Shown: positions 36,089 to 45,349, counted from the stretch's first letter. The stretch: DNA of 45,349 nt from Thermoplasmata archaeon (GCA_019594025.1 JAFDUB010000002.1:1-45349), one strand, 5' to 3'. Made by a program: numbers and translations. The notes: a model not told the origin generated them from the letters alone.

Positions 36089-39000
36089 CTATACCACCAT
36101 CCCTTCTTTCTGGTATAATACAAAGCAGCAACTACTGCTAAAATGACTAAAAGAACCCAGTGACCTGTTCCCATCTCAAAGGTGTCTTCTTCAATAAGTA
36201 TACCTTCACCTTCAATCGCAAAGGAATCCTCATCGAGGTAAAGGTGGGGAAGCTCAATGTCGTAGTATGCGGTATCTTCAGTGGAAGGATCACTCATCGA
36301 GGTAGCCTTGATTTGAACAGCGATATCTGAAGAGGGTTGTTGTGAATCGGGTGTAAGTACCAATTCGACCTCGGCTGTAGAGTCCTCAGTAACTTCGCCT
36401 GTCTGACTATCAATTGAAACATCCCATCCCTGGGTTTCCAACTGGGCTTGATTCTGTATAAGTAAATCGAAGGTATCCTTTCCATTACCCGTATTCTCTA
36501 CCAGCAGAGTATATATTATCTGGCCGTCCCTGAGTGTTCTTCGAGATACATCTGGAAGCAGGCGTACTCCATAGTGTTGGGCTACGTTGAAATTTAGCTC
36601 CTTGCTTTCAGACTCCTCTGAATTAAGGGATTCGACCATAAAGTTCATGGGAGGTGGGTTGACTATGGCGTCTTCGGGGACATAAAGTGTTACCTTCACC
36701 GTTCTAGATTCTTTGGGTTCTAATTCTATTGTAGAGGGTTCAAATTCCATATCCCAGATCGCATCTGGAGCCTTGGATAATTGGAATACGTCATCAGTGT
36801 TCCCAGTGTTTGTTAAGGTGATGTAGTAGTCGAGAACGTCATCGGGTTCAGTATCTTTAACCGGTATGGTACCTATCTCGATCCCGTATTCTTTGACTTT
36901 ACTTAGTTCTAAGTTTTTCACGATATTGTAACGTAAGTCTATTTCCTGCTCATCCTTATACCTGATATCTCCGAGTTCTTCATCGGTATAGGTTGTCTCC
37001 GCACTTAACCGATAACGGCCTTCGGGTAGTATCAAAGTATAACTACCGTCCTCTTCCGAGCTATCCTCTAACTCCATGGCCTTCTCTAACTCTACGATGC
37101 TTATTTCCGAAGATGTAGCCACACCGTTCCTACTCACGGTGCCGGTTAGTTTAAAGGCCGAGTCAAGCGTTATGTTCAATACCTCGTCTGTTTCACCCAT
37201 GGCGAAGGACTTGAAAACAGCATACATGCCTACTCTTCCCTCGTACTTTACGTAAATCGAATACATACCTTGCGAAATAGGTAAAGAGAAGCTGCCATCA
37301 CTGGTAGTTTCAACCGAGGTAGAGACGGCCTCAGGGGTTTGCCCGAGAAAGGTAATAGTCGTATCGGGAACTGTCTGATCGTTAAGCCGAAGATTTCCGC
37401 TCAAAGTGGGGTAGATCATTTCTCTTTCTAGGGAAATATGTGGCGAAGTTGATACCGTGAGATCATAAAGGTCGGAATAAAGATATCTAACCTTTCGTAG
37501 AATTCCATCAACGGGCTCCGTTGTCTGATAATCCACCTCCACCTCGTACTCACCTGAAGCGAGGTTTACGGAGAAAGTTCCGTCCTCATCGGTTACCCTG
37601 GTAACCGAATAACCGCTGAGTAAGTTCTCAAAGGTCATTTGTATGTTTTCTCGGGGCTCGCCTTCATAGGTCACTAGAGGTGAAAATGTAACTGCGGGTT
37701 CAAGAGTAATATTGTATTCTGTTGGACTATCAAGGGTAAGCTTATCGGTAACTACCAACTCACCGTCTCTATCTGCGCACCACATGGAATAGGTTCCGAC
37801 GGGGAGGTATAGTTCGTAGGTGCCGTTTTCCACTATCAGTTCCTTATCCCAGGGACCCCTTAATGAAAGAATTGCCGACAGTTCGTTTCCATCTTCATCT
37901 AATACAGTTCCATACAGTCTAACCGTGTGATTGACTGTGAAAGGTAATTCTAACGATTCCTCCATGGGTTCGATGTTTATTCTCTCATCAAGATGATAGC
38001 TGATTCCTTCCTCTGGAGAATGATCCACTATGGCATTATATTCGCCCGGCTGTAGTTCAATTTCGTACTCTCCGTTTTCAACTACAGTTTCGGCATCCAC
38101 TGCACCTTCTCCAACTGCCTCGAATCGAATGGAAACCTCGTGTAGTGCTTCACTATCAATCTCCAGACTACCGTATACGTTTACGTTCTTTGCTTCCACG
38201 GCAAAGTATGGTCCAAATTCATCTTCCGGGTCGTAGTAAACCTCTTTTTCATAAAAGCCTTCTTTGGTGAAACGTGCTACGACTTCCTCGTTTGGAAGAA
38301 CCGCTGTGAATCGTCCATATCGCGAGGAGAGCAGTGAAATTGAGTGGCCGTTGGTCATTATCTCTATTTTTGCGGAGATGCCTTCGCCTTCATCATATTC
38401 TTCATCAAAGTTTAAGTCGCGATATATACGGCCTTCGACAGAATGGCCGTAAACTGCATCGAACCGTAAAGTTTTATCGGAATCGAGAGTGAAAGAATCC
38501 CTATAATACAAATCCGCTTGTGGAGTGCTCTTCCATCCGTAGACCGTGTAAGAATCTCTTGGTAGGGAAGCACTGATGTAGCCTTCTCGGTTACTCTGTG
38601 TTTCAAAAATCGTACCGTCGGAATTAAGAATCTCTACTTGGAGCTTATCTATAGGGATTAAATTCAGAACCACTAGGGCTTCGACCTGGTGTCCTTCGCC
38701 GAACTCTGCAACATAGTCTGTGTCTTCGGGAACTGATACCGTACCAAGGTGCACCAGTTTTTCATTATCTTTCCGATAAATACCGTATACGGTATAATCA
38801 CCTGTGGGTAATTTGACGGTGAATTCTCCTTGAGCATCAGTCACCACGTTGTGAGAATATTCTCTTCCGAGGGTACCGGTAAAGGATAAACGCTGGTTGC
38901 TCAGTTTTGTACCTACGTCACTTTCAGCTACACCCTCTACAACATGAGCACGTGAGATATTCACGGTAAATTCTTCCTGAGCATCGGGTTCTAAACCCAA

Positions 39001-42000
39001 TACTTTGGGGCCTGTGGATACGGTATACTCGTCCTGTTCAACCCCGATCATATAATCTCCGGATAAGATATGTTGGAAGGTGTAATTCCCACCAGGCTCA
39101 ACAAGTTCAACATATCTTTCTCCAGTTTCAATGTTATCTAGATACAGCTCTACACCTTCAATTCCAGGATCGTCCATTATAGCTTCCCCGCTCAGTGAAG
39201 CAACCTGAATCTTTAAACCTTCAGTAACATGTTCACCGGACTCCAGCGTTACATCAACTGGAGAAGTACCGGGAGTATCGGAAGAAATGGTATATTTACC
39301 TGGTATAAGGTCGGTAAAGGTATAGCTGCCATCGGTTTCCACCTCCATTTCACCTCCGATACCATCTAGTTTTATGGTAGATTCAACGAGGGTGTCGTTT
39401 CCAGGGATATACTCGCCACTATCGTCTTTATCGATGAAAACTTGGGCGGTCAATTCGCTGGTATCAACCTCAAAATCCTTTCTGATCAAATAATCCCATC
39501 GTCCGTCTCCGTTTCGATCCGTCCTTTTCCTCATGGCCTGTTCATCAGTCACTTCAAATTGTTCCATCCCCAGATATATAGATTCCGTTTTTGTTACTGC
39601 TTCCTCGTCTCCACCTGTGGAAACCACCAAGGATAGTTCTCCTGCCGGGGCCTTTATCTCGTACATGCCGTCTTCATCGGTATAAGTTACCTGATGAGGA
39701 GTCCCCATTTCATCCAATATGGTAACACGTGCATCGGGTACTGGATGACCGTTAGAAGTATCCACTCTTCCTGAAACCAGTGCGCCGTGGAAGTATTCTA
39801 TGAAAACCACTCCCTGACGCATGTAGCTTCGGGCACTCATATCAACGGTACCGTTTTCTTCTTGTTGATATCTTATCGCATCCTGAAGGGAAACAGCTTT
39901 CCAAGCCTCTGGGTGGTCACCCACTTCTTCCCGTGGATAAGGATTCCAATATGCGGTTCTAGTTGCCAATCTAAAGTTCTCCATTCCCCAGGCGGGCATG
40001 GGTTGTACCTCTTCGATGTCTACTCCAGGAATCCCCTGTCCTTCACCGGCGTCTTCTCCGGAAAGTCCTGCAAAAGTACGGTAAAGAACCGTGTTATAGA
40101 ATGCGGGTTTAAAGTTCATCTTGAAATCAACTATCTGTACTCCAGGTGGAATCTCATCAGGATCCTCGTATTCGTTACCCTGCATATCAACATATACAAT
40201 ATTGTAAAAATCGATTGGAGTTCTATCGACTATCCTGTGTCCAGAGAGCTTTGCGGGAGCGTAAAATATTCCTGTCTGTCGAGCATCGAATGGGAACAAA
40301 CGGGTATCCACCGCGATATACTTAATAAGTTTATCCAGCTCTTCAGTGAGTTCATGATACACATCAACCAGGACATCTAAATCCTCATAGGATAGTAATC
40401 CCATAAGCCTGGCGTACCTCACATTCCCCGGATGTATATCATCAGCTCGATGATGGTATCTATCGGGATCGGAAAGTACTTCGTCCCTATAATCTTCGGG
40501 GTTCAAAAATGCGTCCTCGACTAAGTCGGTTTTTTCCTCACCGATATTGCGAACCAATATCTCTCTAACGTCCCCGGATATCCCACCGTCTTCTTTCACA
40601 GGCAGTTCAAGCACTCGTACGATGAGCAACGACATCAACTCGGATTCGTTCTGGGCCATCAATACGTTACCTGCAAGTCTGTGCCCTGATAGGAAGTTAT
40701 CGGCTACAGTTGGATTATGGGCCCTTTGGGCCGATTCGAAACCGTAGTCCCACCAGCTCAGGACCCCGGGACGTTTCTCTGGAGGTAAGTGTGAATTTTC
40801 TTCCTTAAGCCACTCCCAAGCAGCGGGCCAGTAATCAGTCGGTTTATCGATTCCAAAGCCAAAGGCACCAAGATGCCAGTTATGTGCTTGTGCATCGTCA
40901 TAATCCTCTGGACGAAGTAACTCAGGAAGAGCTTGATTTATCTGCTGATCATAATGGTTTTTTTCTTCGAAGGGTATACCGGCATCAAACCCATATAAAA
41001 CGTTGGGCATGACTATTAAAAATACTATGAAGAGGGCCGTGAGTACGTGACCAACTTTGATCCCCCTTTTCAGACCAATGAAAAAGCCTCCTCGGAAGCC
41101 CTTTAGCCTACGGTATATAGTATGGAATTGTGCTTTATCCGCCGCTAATGCAACCAGCCAACCGGCCATCAATGCGAAGGCCGGTGCTCCGTTGAAGATA
41201 AATCTCGCCGCGGAGGTCGCCATGTATATGGCGAAGGCTGTCCATGTTAATATGAAAAGAAAGTTCGTGGTCCATTTTTCTCGAATATGCCATACGCCTA
41301 GACCGACAGCGACAATAGACAGGAAAAATGACACAGGGCCGAAAGAAAAGACTAGATTACTGAATTCGGGGGCCTGCGCCTCGGCAATGGTCTCGATAGT
41401 CTTGGTACGGGTGAAGTAACCGGCTCCGCTTGTCAGAGCATTTATGAAACCGGGTGCGAAATAATATGCAAATACCACTACACCGGCAACTATCGCAAAT
41501 AGTGCTGAGAGTACAAGCACCCATGGGTAATCCCTCGTTACCGTAAGAGCTACACCACCTATCAATGCAACAGTGGTAAGTATCAACGGTACATCGAACC
41601 ATGTACCGACTGCATGGGGCAACATAGTGCCGACGCCTGAGACCAGATAGAAGGGAGCGGCTATGGCTAAACCCAAAACAAGTGTTACCCCTACACATGC
41701 GGTGACACCTAATGAATCTCGGTATCTGAATTTATCTAAGAACAACTGTATGTAATAGTATGCAAGAATTATAACGAATACGTATGCGTAACCCTGCCAG
41801 CTTAAAGCGACTGACCCGACGCACATACCGGCCATGGCGGAGTATAACAACGCCTTTTTATTCTCATGGACGAAAGTAGACAAACCCTCTTTAATATCCG
41901 CACGTTGCGTCCAATCCTTAACCCATTTCCTCTTCTCCGGTATGTACTTTAGGGCTTTCATGAGGAAATAAAAACCGGTTATAGCGAAGAATAGATAGAT

Positions 42001-42549
42001 CGCATCGTGGTCGGCATTACCTATGGGACTTCGCTGAAGATGTCCCGCACTGATTGCTAGTAGGAAAGCCGCGGCTACACCCGCTTTTTTACCGAAAATG
42101 TCTCTACCTACAAGATAAACCGGGAATATGGTAAGAGCACCCCAGAAACCGGTGGATAAAATCAAGGTGTAATGTAATGATCTGGTAAGGTCTCCGACTA
42201 AGGGAGCCAATATATGGCCAGTTAAAGCGACCGACCAACCGTATAGAGGGGGACGTGGATTGACCCTTCCAATAGGATAATTAAGTAGATTATCGTGAAG
42301 TAGATGACGGTTATTAAAAGCAATATATTCTACAATTCTTTCGTAATAATAAGCATCGGAACCACCTGTTAGTAAGAAAGGAGTTCCAAATTTGGTCGAT
42401 AATTCAAACGCAAAGTATGTTCGGATGAAGAAAGCGAGTACGAATATGGCTCCAAGACATATAGCGATACCCCATTTATCCTCTAATATCGATTGGCCTT
42501 GGGTGGTGTCGTCCCGCTTCTTCAATATGTTAGGCATACGTAACCTCAT
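36085..42549 (-). CDS. aglB: Archaeal oligosaccharyltransferase AglB (STT3) fused to a very long repeat-rich ectodomain and a C-terminal TM anchor
   Basis: 2,154-aa uninterrupted ORF. The polytopic N-terminus carries GGSDAYYYER, IGNADHDAIY and the WWDYG motif (VLSWWDYGFE, ~40741-40758). From ~39785 there are at least 11 carboxypeptidase-regulatory-like repeats. Two NEW3/CARDB-like modules follow, then the TM helix HWVLLVILAVVAALYY and RKKGWWYR. Confidence 0.9.
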   Translation of the reverse strand: MRLRMPNILKKRDDTTQGQSILEDKWGIAICLGAIFVLAFFIRTYFAFELSTKFGTPFLLTGGSDAYYYERIVEYIAFNNRHLLHDNLLNYPIGRVNPRPPLYGWSVALTGHILAPLVGDLTRSLHYTLILSTGFWGALTIFPVYLVGRDIFGKKAGVAAAFLLAISAGHLQRSPIGNADHDAIYLFFAITGFYFLMKALKYIPEKRKWVKDWTQRADIKEGLSTFVHENKKALLYSAMAGMCVGSVALSWQGYAYVFVIILAYYYIQLFLDKFRYRDSLGVTACVGVTLVLGLAIAAPFYLVSGVGTMLPHAVGTWFDVPLILTTVALIGGVALTVTRDYPWVLVLSALFAIVAGVVVFAYYFAPGFINALTSGAGYFTRTKTIETIAEAQAPEFSNLVFSFGPVSFFLSIVAVGLGVWHIREKWTTNFLFILTWTAFAIYMATSAARFIFNGAPAFALMAGWLVALAADKAQFHTIYRRLKGFRGGFFIGLKRGIKVGHVLTALFIVFLIVMPNVLYGFDAGIPFEEKNHYDQQINQALPELLRPEDYDDAQAHNWHLGAFGFGIDKPTDYWPAAWEWLKEENSHLPPEKRPGVLSWWDYGFESAQRAHNPTVADNFLSGHRLAGNVLMAQNESELMSLLIVRVLELPVKEDGGISGDVREILVRNIGEEKTDLVEDAFLNPEDYRDEVLSDPDRYHHRADDIHPGNVRYARLMGLLSYEDLDVLVDVYHELTEELDKLIKYIAVDTRLFPFDARQTGIFYAPAKLSGHRIVDRTPIDFYNIVYVDMQGNEYEDPDEIPPGVQIVDFKMNFKPAFYNTVLYRTFAGLSGEDAGEGQGIPGVDIEEVQPMPAWGMENFRLATRTAYWNPYPREEVGDHPEAWKAVSLQDAIRYQQEENGTVDMSARSYMRQGVVFIEYFHGALVSGRVDTSNGHPVPDARVTILDEMGTPHQVTYTDEDGMYEIKAPAGELSLVVSTGGDEEAVTKTESIYLGMEQFEVTDEQAMRKRTDRNGDGRWDYLIRKDFEVDTSELTAQVFIDKDDSGEYIPGNDTLVESTIKLDGIGGEMEVETDGSYTFTDLIPGKYTISSDTPGTSPVDVTLESGEHVTEGLKIQVASLSGEAIMDDPGIEGVELYLDNIETGERYVELVEPGGNYTFQHILSGDYMIGVEQDEYTVSTGPKVLGLEPDAQEEFTVNISRAHVVEGVAESDVGTKLSNQRLSFTGTLGREYSHNVVTDAQGEFTVKLPTGDYTVYGIYRKDNEKLVHLGTVSVPEDTDYVAEFGEGHQVEALVVLNLIPIDKLQVEILNSDGTIFETQSNREGYISASLPRDSYTVYGWKSTPQADLYYRDSFTLDSDKTLRFDAVYGHSVEGRIYRDLNFDEEYDEGEGISAKIEIMTNGHSISLLSSRYGRFTAVLPNEEVVARFTKEGFYEKEVYYDPEDEFGPYFAVEAKNVNVYGSLEIDSEALHEVSIRFEAVGEGAVDAETVVENGEYEIELQPGEYNAIVDHSPEEGISYHLDERINIEPMEESLELPFTVNHTVRLYGTVLDEDGNELSAILSLRGPWDKELIVENGTYELYLPVGTYSMWCADRDGELVVTDKLTLDSPTEYNITLEPAVTFSPLVTYEGEPRENIQMTFENLLSGYSVTRVTDEDGTFSVNLASGEYEVEVDYQTTEPVDGILRKVRYLYSDLYDLTVSTSPHISLEREMIYPTLSGNLRLNDQTVPDTTITFLGQTPEAVSTSVETTSDGSFSLPISQGMYSIYVKYEGRVGMYAVFKSFAMGETDEVLNITLDSAFKLTGTVSRNGVATSSEISIVELEKAMELEDSSEEDGSYTLILPEGRYRLSAETTYTDEELGDIRYKDEQEIDLRYNIVKNLELSKVKEYGIEIGTIPVKDTEPDDVLDYYITLTNTGNTDDVFQLSKAPDAIWDMEFEPSTIELEPKESRTVKVTLYVPEDAIVNPPPMNFMVESLNSEESESKELNFNVAQHYGVRLLPDVSRRTLRDGQIIYTLLVENTGNGKDTFDLLIQNQAQLETQGWDVSIDSQTGEVTEDSTAEVELVLTPDSQQPSSDIAVQIKATSMSDPSTEDTAYYDIELPHLYLDEDSFAIEGEGILIEEDTFEMGTGHWVLLVILAVVAALYYTRKKGWWYR

Positions 42550-42729
42550 TTGAGTTCACCTGAATCGAAATGTAGAACAAACTCATGATGCCTCCCCTAT
42601 ATATAGCTTATTCATGATGTCAGGGTGTTGAAGTGGGTAATGGGTGTTTATAGAATTAAAAAAGTTGTACCTTATTTTTGAAGAAACCTTTTATATTGCT
42701 CAATTTCATACCTTGATAGAGGTAAGATT

Positions 42730-43302
42730 ATGAGAGCATTAAAGGAGCTAAATGGAAAAGATGTTTTGAGCAATGACGGAAGATTGATGGGGAAGGTAGA
42801 GGATTTTACCTACAATCTAGATTATGAGGTAGAGAAGATTGTTGTTAAGATGAACAAAGACGTCTTGGACGAGCTCGGTGAGGATAAACCGATTTTATCT
42901 TCTGTGCAAATGGGTATTCCACTCGACCAGATAAAAGCGTTCACCGACAACGTCATCCTATACAAACCTATAGACGATCTGCACGTGCACTTCCATGATA
43001 TTTCCGAAGACGACCTTCTATCGTCGATCAGAGGTATGGAGATTTCCGGAAGCAACGGAAGGGACGTGGGTAAAGTAACCGATATATTGATAGATGTTGA
43101 AGGGTGGAAATCATTGTCACTTTTAGTTAAATTGAAAAAAGAAATACTCCAGACATTGGACGTGGAAGGCTCTCTTCTCTCGAAGACCAAGTTGGCCGTC
43201 TCTATAGAACACGTTGACGGTATAAGCGACAGGGTGATGTTGGACACTTCGGCGGAAGAGATGGGAGATATAATTGAGAAGAACCCCGTGAAGAAGGTAT
43301 AG
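42730..43302 (+). CDS. PRC-barrel domain protein (two PRC-barrel repeats)
   Basis: 190 aa. LNGKDVLSNDGRLMGKVEDFTYNLDYEVEKIVV and IRGMEISGSNGRDVGKVTDILIDVEGWKSLSLLV match the PRC-barrel pattern. A GAGGT SD lies 6 nt upstream of the ATG. Confidence 0.75.
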   Translation: MRALKELNGKDVLSNDGRLMGKVEDFTYNLDYEVEKIVVKMNKDVLDELGEDKPILSSVQMGIPLDQIKAFTDNVILYKPIDDLHVHFHDISEDDLLSSIRGMEISGSNGRDVGKVTDILIDVEGWKSLSLLVKLKKEILQTLDVEGSLLSKTKLAVSIEHVDGISDRVMLDTSAEEMGDIIEKNPVKKV

Positions 43303-43306
43303 AGGC

Positions 43307-44452
43307 TCAATCCGTTAGTAGAAAATCCTCTAGAGAATCTCTAGCCTTGCCTCTACGCTCCTGATGCTTCTTTAAGAATGATTTGATGTTGTCCTTGAGC
43401 ATGCCTTTACACCCGCCGCACAGCAGGTCTCCAGACCTGCATCTTTTAGCTATTGATTCTACCTTTTTGTCGTCCGCTTCAAATAGATAGTACCTGTAAT
43501 TCTGGACCGCGCATATGTCCGGGTTACCGCCCTTTTCTCTCTGCTCCTGTGCCGATATTCGCCCGCCGGTAAAGGCCTCCGATACCTTTCGGTCCACATC
43601 TTCGGGGGAATCGGTGGTGAATATGGTGGTCTTGGGTATGCTGGCCGACATCTTGCCTGTACCGTCCAAAGACGGAGCGAGTTTGTTGTGCAGAAGCGCC
43701 GGTTTGTAGTATCCGATGGTTTCCGCCACATCTCTAGTCACTCTAAAATGAGCATCCTGGTCTATGCCGCAGGGAATGACTACAGGAACCTTTTTTCCTT
43801 CTCTGTCTGACGGCAAAAAGCAGGGGGCGGATTGGATGGAAGTGTAGAAGATACTGCCCACGTTAGTCGAGTTGTCAAAACCGAAGACCGCCTTTACGGT
43901 TGAGAAGTTAACGCGTTTTGCCACCTTTAAAGCTAGTGGGTAGAGGGTGTGTATGTAATCCGTATCTATGAATATGTGCGTTTTTTCGGGATCAAATCCC
44001 AAAGCGATTATGTCCAAAGCGTTTTCCAAAGCATAGGAATGGGTGTCCTCCATCTCTAGGTCGAAATTGAAGAGATACTTCTCGTCGTCCGTCAATTGAA
44101 AGTAAAGATCTACATCGAACCGGTCCTGTATCCACTTGGCGAATATCCACGGCATCAGGTGACCTACGTGAGTGTGACCCGACGGACCTCTCCCTGTGTA
44201 AAGAGCGAACTTGTTTCCTTTCTCATACTCATCAAGGATCCACTTCATATCTCGATGTGAGTAAAATATGTTCCTTCGAAGCATGAAATGGACGTCACCT
44301 GCTATTTTCTCTATACGTTTTTTTAACTTATCATCTACTCGGGATGTACCAAAACGCTCAACGAGATCCTCATAGTCTATATCCCCGCTTACTTCCCAGG
44401 GTGTAACTGTATATCTCTCTTTTTCGGAGCCGGTCATATTCACAGCAGACAT
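43307..44452 (-). CDS. trpS: Tryptophan--tRNA ligase (archaeal/eukaryotic type)
   Basis: VTPWEVSGDIDYEDLVERFG, YTGRGPSGHTHVGHLMPWIFAKWIQDRF, QLTDDEKYLF and KMSAS are present. A TATA-like TTTTATAT lies only ~9 nt upstream of the ATG at 44452, so the ATG at 44437 (MTGSEK) may be the true leaderless start. Confidence 0.9.
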   Translation of the reverse strand: MSAVNMTGSEKERYTVTPWEVSGDIDYEDLVERFGTSRVDDKLKKRIEKIAGDVHFMLRRNIFYSHRDMKWILDEYEKGNKFALYTGRGPSGHTHVGHLMPWIFAKWIQDRFDVDLYFQLTDDEKYLFNFDLEMEDTHSYALENALDIIALGFDPEKTHIFIDTDYIHTLYPLALKVAKRVNFSTVKAVFGFDNSTNVGSIFYTSIQSAPCFLPSDREGKKVPVVIPCGIDQDAHFRVTRDVAETIGYYKPALLHNKLAPSLDGTGKMSASIPKTTIFTTDSPEDVDRKVSEAFTGGRISAQEQREKGGNPDICAVQNYRYYLFEADDKKVESIAKRCRSGDLLCGGCKGMLKDNIKSFLKKHQERRGKARDSLEDFLLTD

Positions 44453-44535
44453 ATTACAAATATAAAAAACCTACCGACTTTCGGCCATCCCCTAGGTATA
44501 TTATTAAAATAGGATTGTTACTTTGATTGTACGTC

Positions 44536-44925
44536 ATGCGAAAAAATACACACATCATAGGGGCTATACTATTCGGGATCCTAGGATTTCTGTTGATTGA
44601 ATCTATCCGCCGTTCGGCTTTACCATATATCGGTTGGAGTTTGTATCCATTATCGACGAAGGGTTACATATCACTGATGTTGATGATACCCTTTTCTACG
44701 GTCGGAGGAGTATTGCCGGATATAATCGATCCACCTTTCACGAAAAAACACAGACGTTTTGCCCACTCGAAAGCGTTGTTGTTTGTTTTATTAGTCCTCT
44801 GGATCATCAGCCTCACGGCTCTTTTGAATCGGGATCCGTTAGGAATCATAGTATTATATTATTTTGTATTAGGGTATATATCACATCTTGCATTGGATTC
44901 TCTAACTCCTAGTGGATTGTGGTGA
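44536..44925 (+). CDS. Membrane-bound metal-dependent hydrolase, YdjM/DUF457-like
   Basis: About 129 aa with 3-4 TM segments. It contains LPDIIDPP, HRRFAHS and SHLALDSLTPSG. The ATG is at 44536; the track start is TTG at 44527. Confidence 0.65.
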   Translation: MRKNTHIIGAILFGILGFLLIESIRRSALPYIGWSLYPLSTKGYISLMLMIPFSTVGGVLPDIIDPPFTKKHRRFAHSKALLFVLLVLWIISLTALLNRDPLGIIVLYYFVLGYISHLALDSLTPSGLW

Positions 44926-44977
44926 AAAAAAAGTTTTCCACACGCAGACCTGTCTGATGACCAGACCGAAATGTAAA

Positions 44978-45349
44978 CAGCAGTCCGAACGTTTAGTAAC
45001 CGTGGGCTGAATACGTCGCCGAAGCTTCGTACTTACACCCCGATTCTATCAAACCCGTCTTCTACGGGGGTTCTCAGGTACCTCGTTTCAGGAAAAGTTT
45101 CAGGCTTAGATGCTTTCAGCCTTTATCTTTATACAGCGTGGCTACCCAGCGTATGCCCTACCGGACAACTGGTAAACTAGTGGCTGCGAAACCCTGTTCC
45201 TCTCGTACTAAGGGTTCCTTTCCCTCAGGCACCATTGCACTTCTACTAAAAAGCAACCAACCTGGCTCACGACGGTCTAAACCCAGCTCACGACCCCTTT
45301 TAATGGGCGAACAACCCCACCCTTGCCAGATGCTGCACCGGCAGGATAG
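44978..45349 (-). rRNA. 23S rRNA, 3'-terminal ~370 nt (domain V/VI); the gene continues beyond the window end
   Basis: The reverse complement contains universally conserved 23S blocks. These are GTTCGCCCATTAAAAGGGGTCGTGAGCTGGGTTTAGACCGTCGTGAG, the sarcin-ricin loop TTAGTACGAGAGGAACAG (plus-strand 45194-45211) and GCTGAAAGCATCTAAGC. The 3' end is placed at about 44978 by analogy with the E. coli 3' helix (GATAG..GGGTGTAAG..ACTAA), with an uncertainty of ~15 nt. Confidence 0.93.

Noticed and set aside
42822-43310. 162-aa minus-strand ORF covering the PRC-barrel gene
   Set aside because: It mirrors a CDS with clear PRC-barrel motifs on the plus strand. It has a Ser-rich low-complexity composition and no promoter or SD.

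Overview
Archaeal chromosomal window. Markers are the PolD small subunit, aRF1, ribosomal protein L10e, AglB/STT3, a eukaryote-like TrpRS, a partial 23S rRNA, and A/T-rich TATA boxes about 22-30 nt upstream of first-gene ATGs. It is moderately AT-rich and the secreted proteins are very acidic. I cannot name the organism; a DPANN-like, halophilic or marine euryarchaeote is only a guess.

Housekeeping genes: PolD DP1, argS, prf1, rpl10e, trpS and the 23S 3' end.

Transport and metal genes: a DtxR-like regulator with a znuACB-like operon, a 2+2 MgtE-TM/PhoU-RCK_C module, a CPA2 antiporter, an MFS transporter and a tungsten-type AOR.

About 35% of the window (coordinate sum of four ORFs) encodes giant, acidic, sequon-rich, membrane-anchored surface proteins:
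- a ~1,970-aa CARDB/beta-helix protein with a cytoplasmic triple zinc-ribbon tail;
- a 962-aa PKD/CARDB protein;
- a 256-aa anchored protein;
- a 2,154-aa ORF in which AglB is fused to a ~1,230-aa adhesin-like ectodomain, next to wecB and a GT4-like gene.

Between the first giant gene and the transporters lies a tightly coupled Epd/Tad-like type IV filament operon. It has two paralogous intact ATPases flanking a split (TadB/TadC-like) platform and one large pilin-like protein. No prepilin peptidase or small pilins are visible.

A decayed tnpB-only IS200/IS605 relic with preserved end hairpins separates the adhesin gene from the pilus operon.

The window opens with a perfect 32-nt direct repeat pair (115-nt period) of unresolved nature. 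I found no cas genes, tRNAs or clear defence systems.

The best candidates for something undescribed are the AglB-adhesin fusion, the dual-ATPase pilus locus and the zinc-ribbon-tailed giant adhesin.
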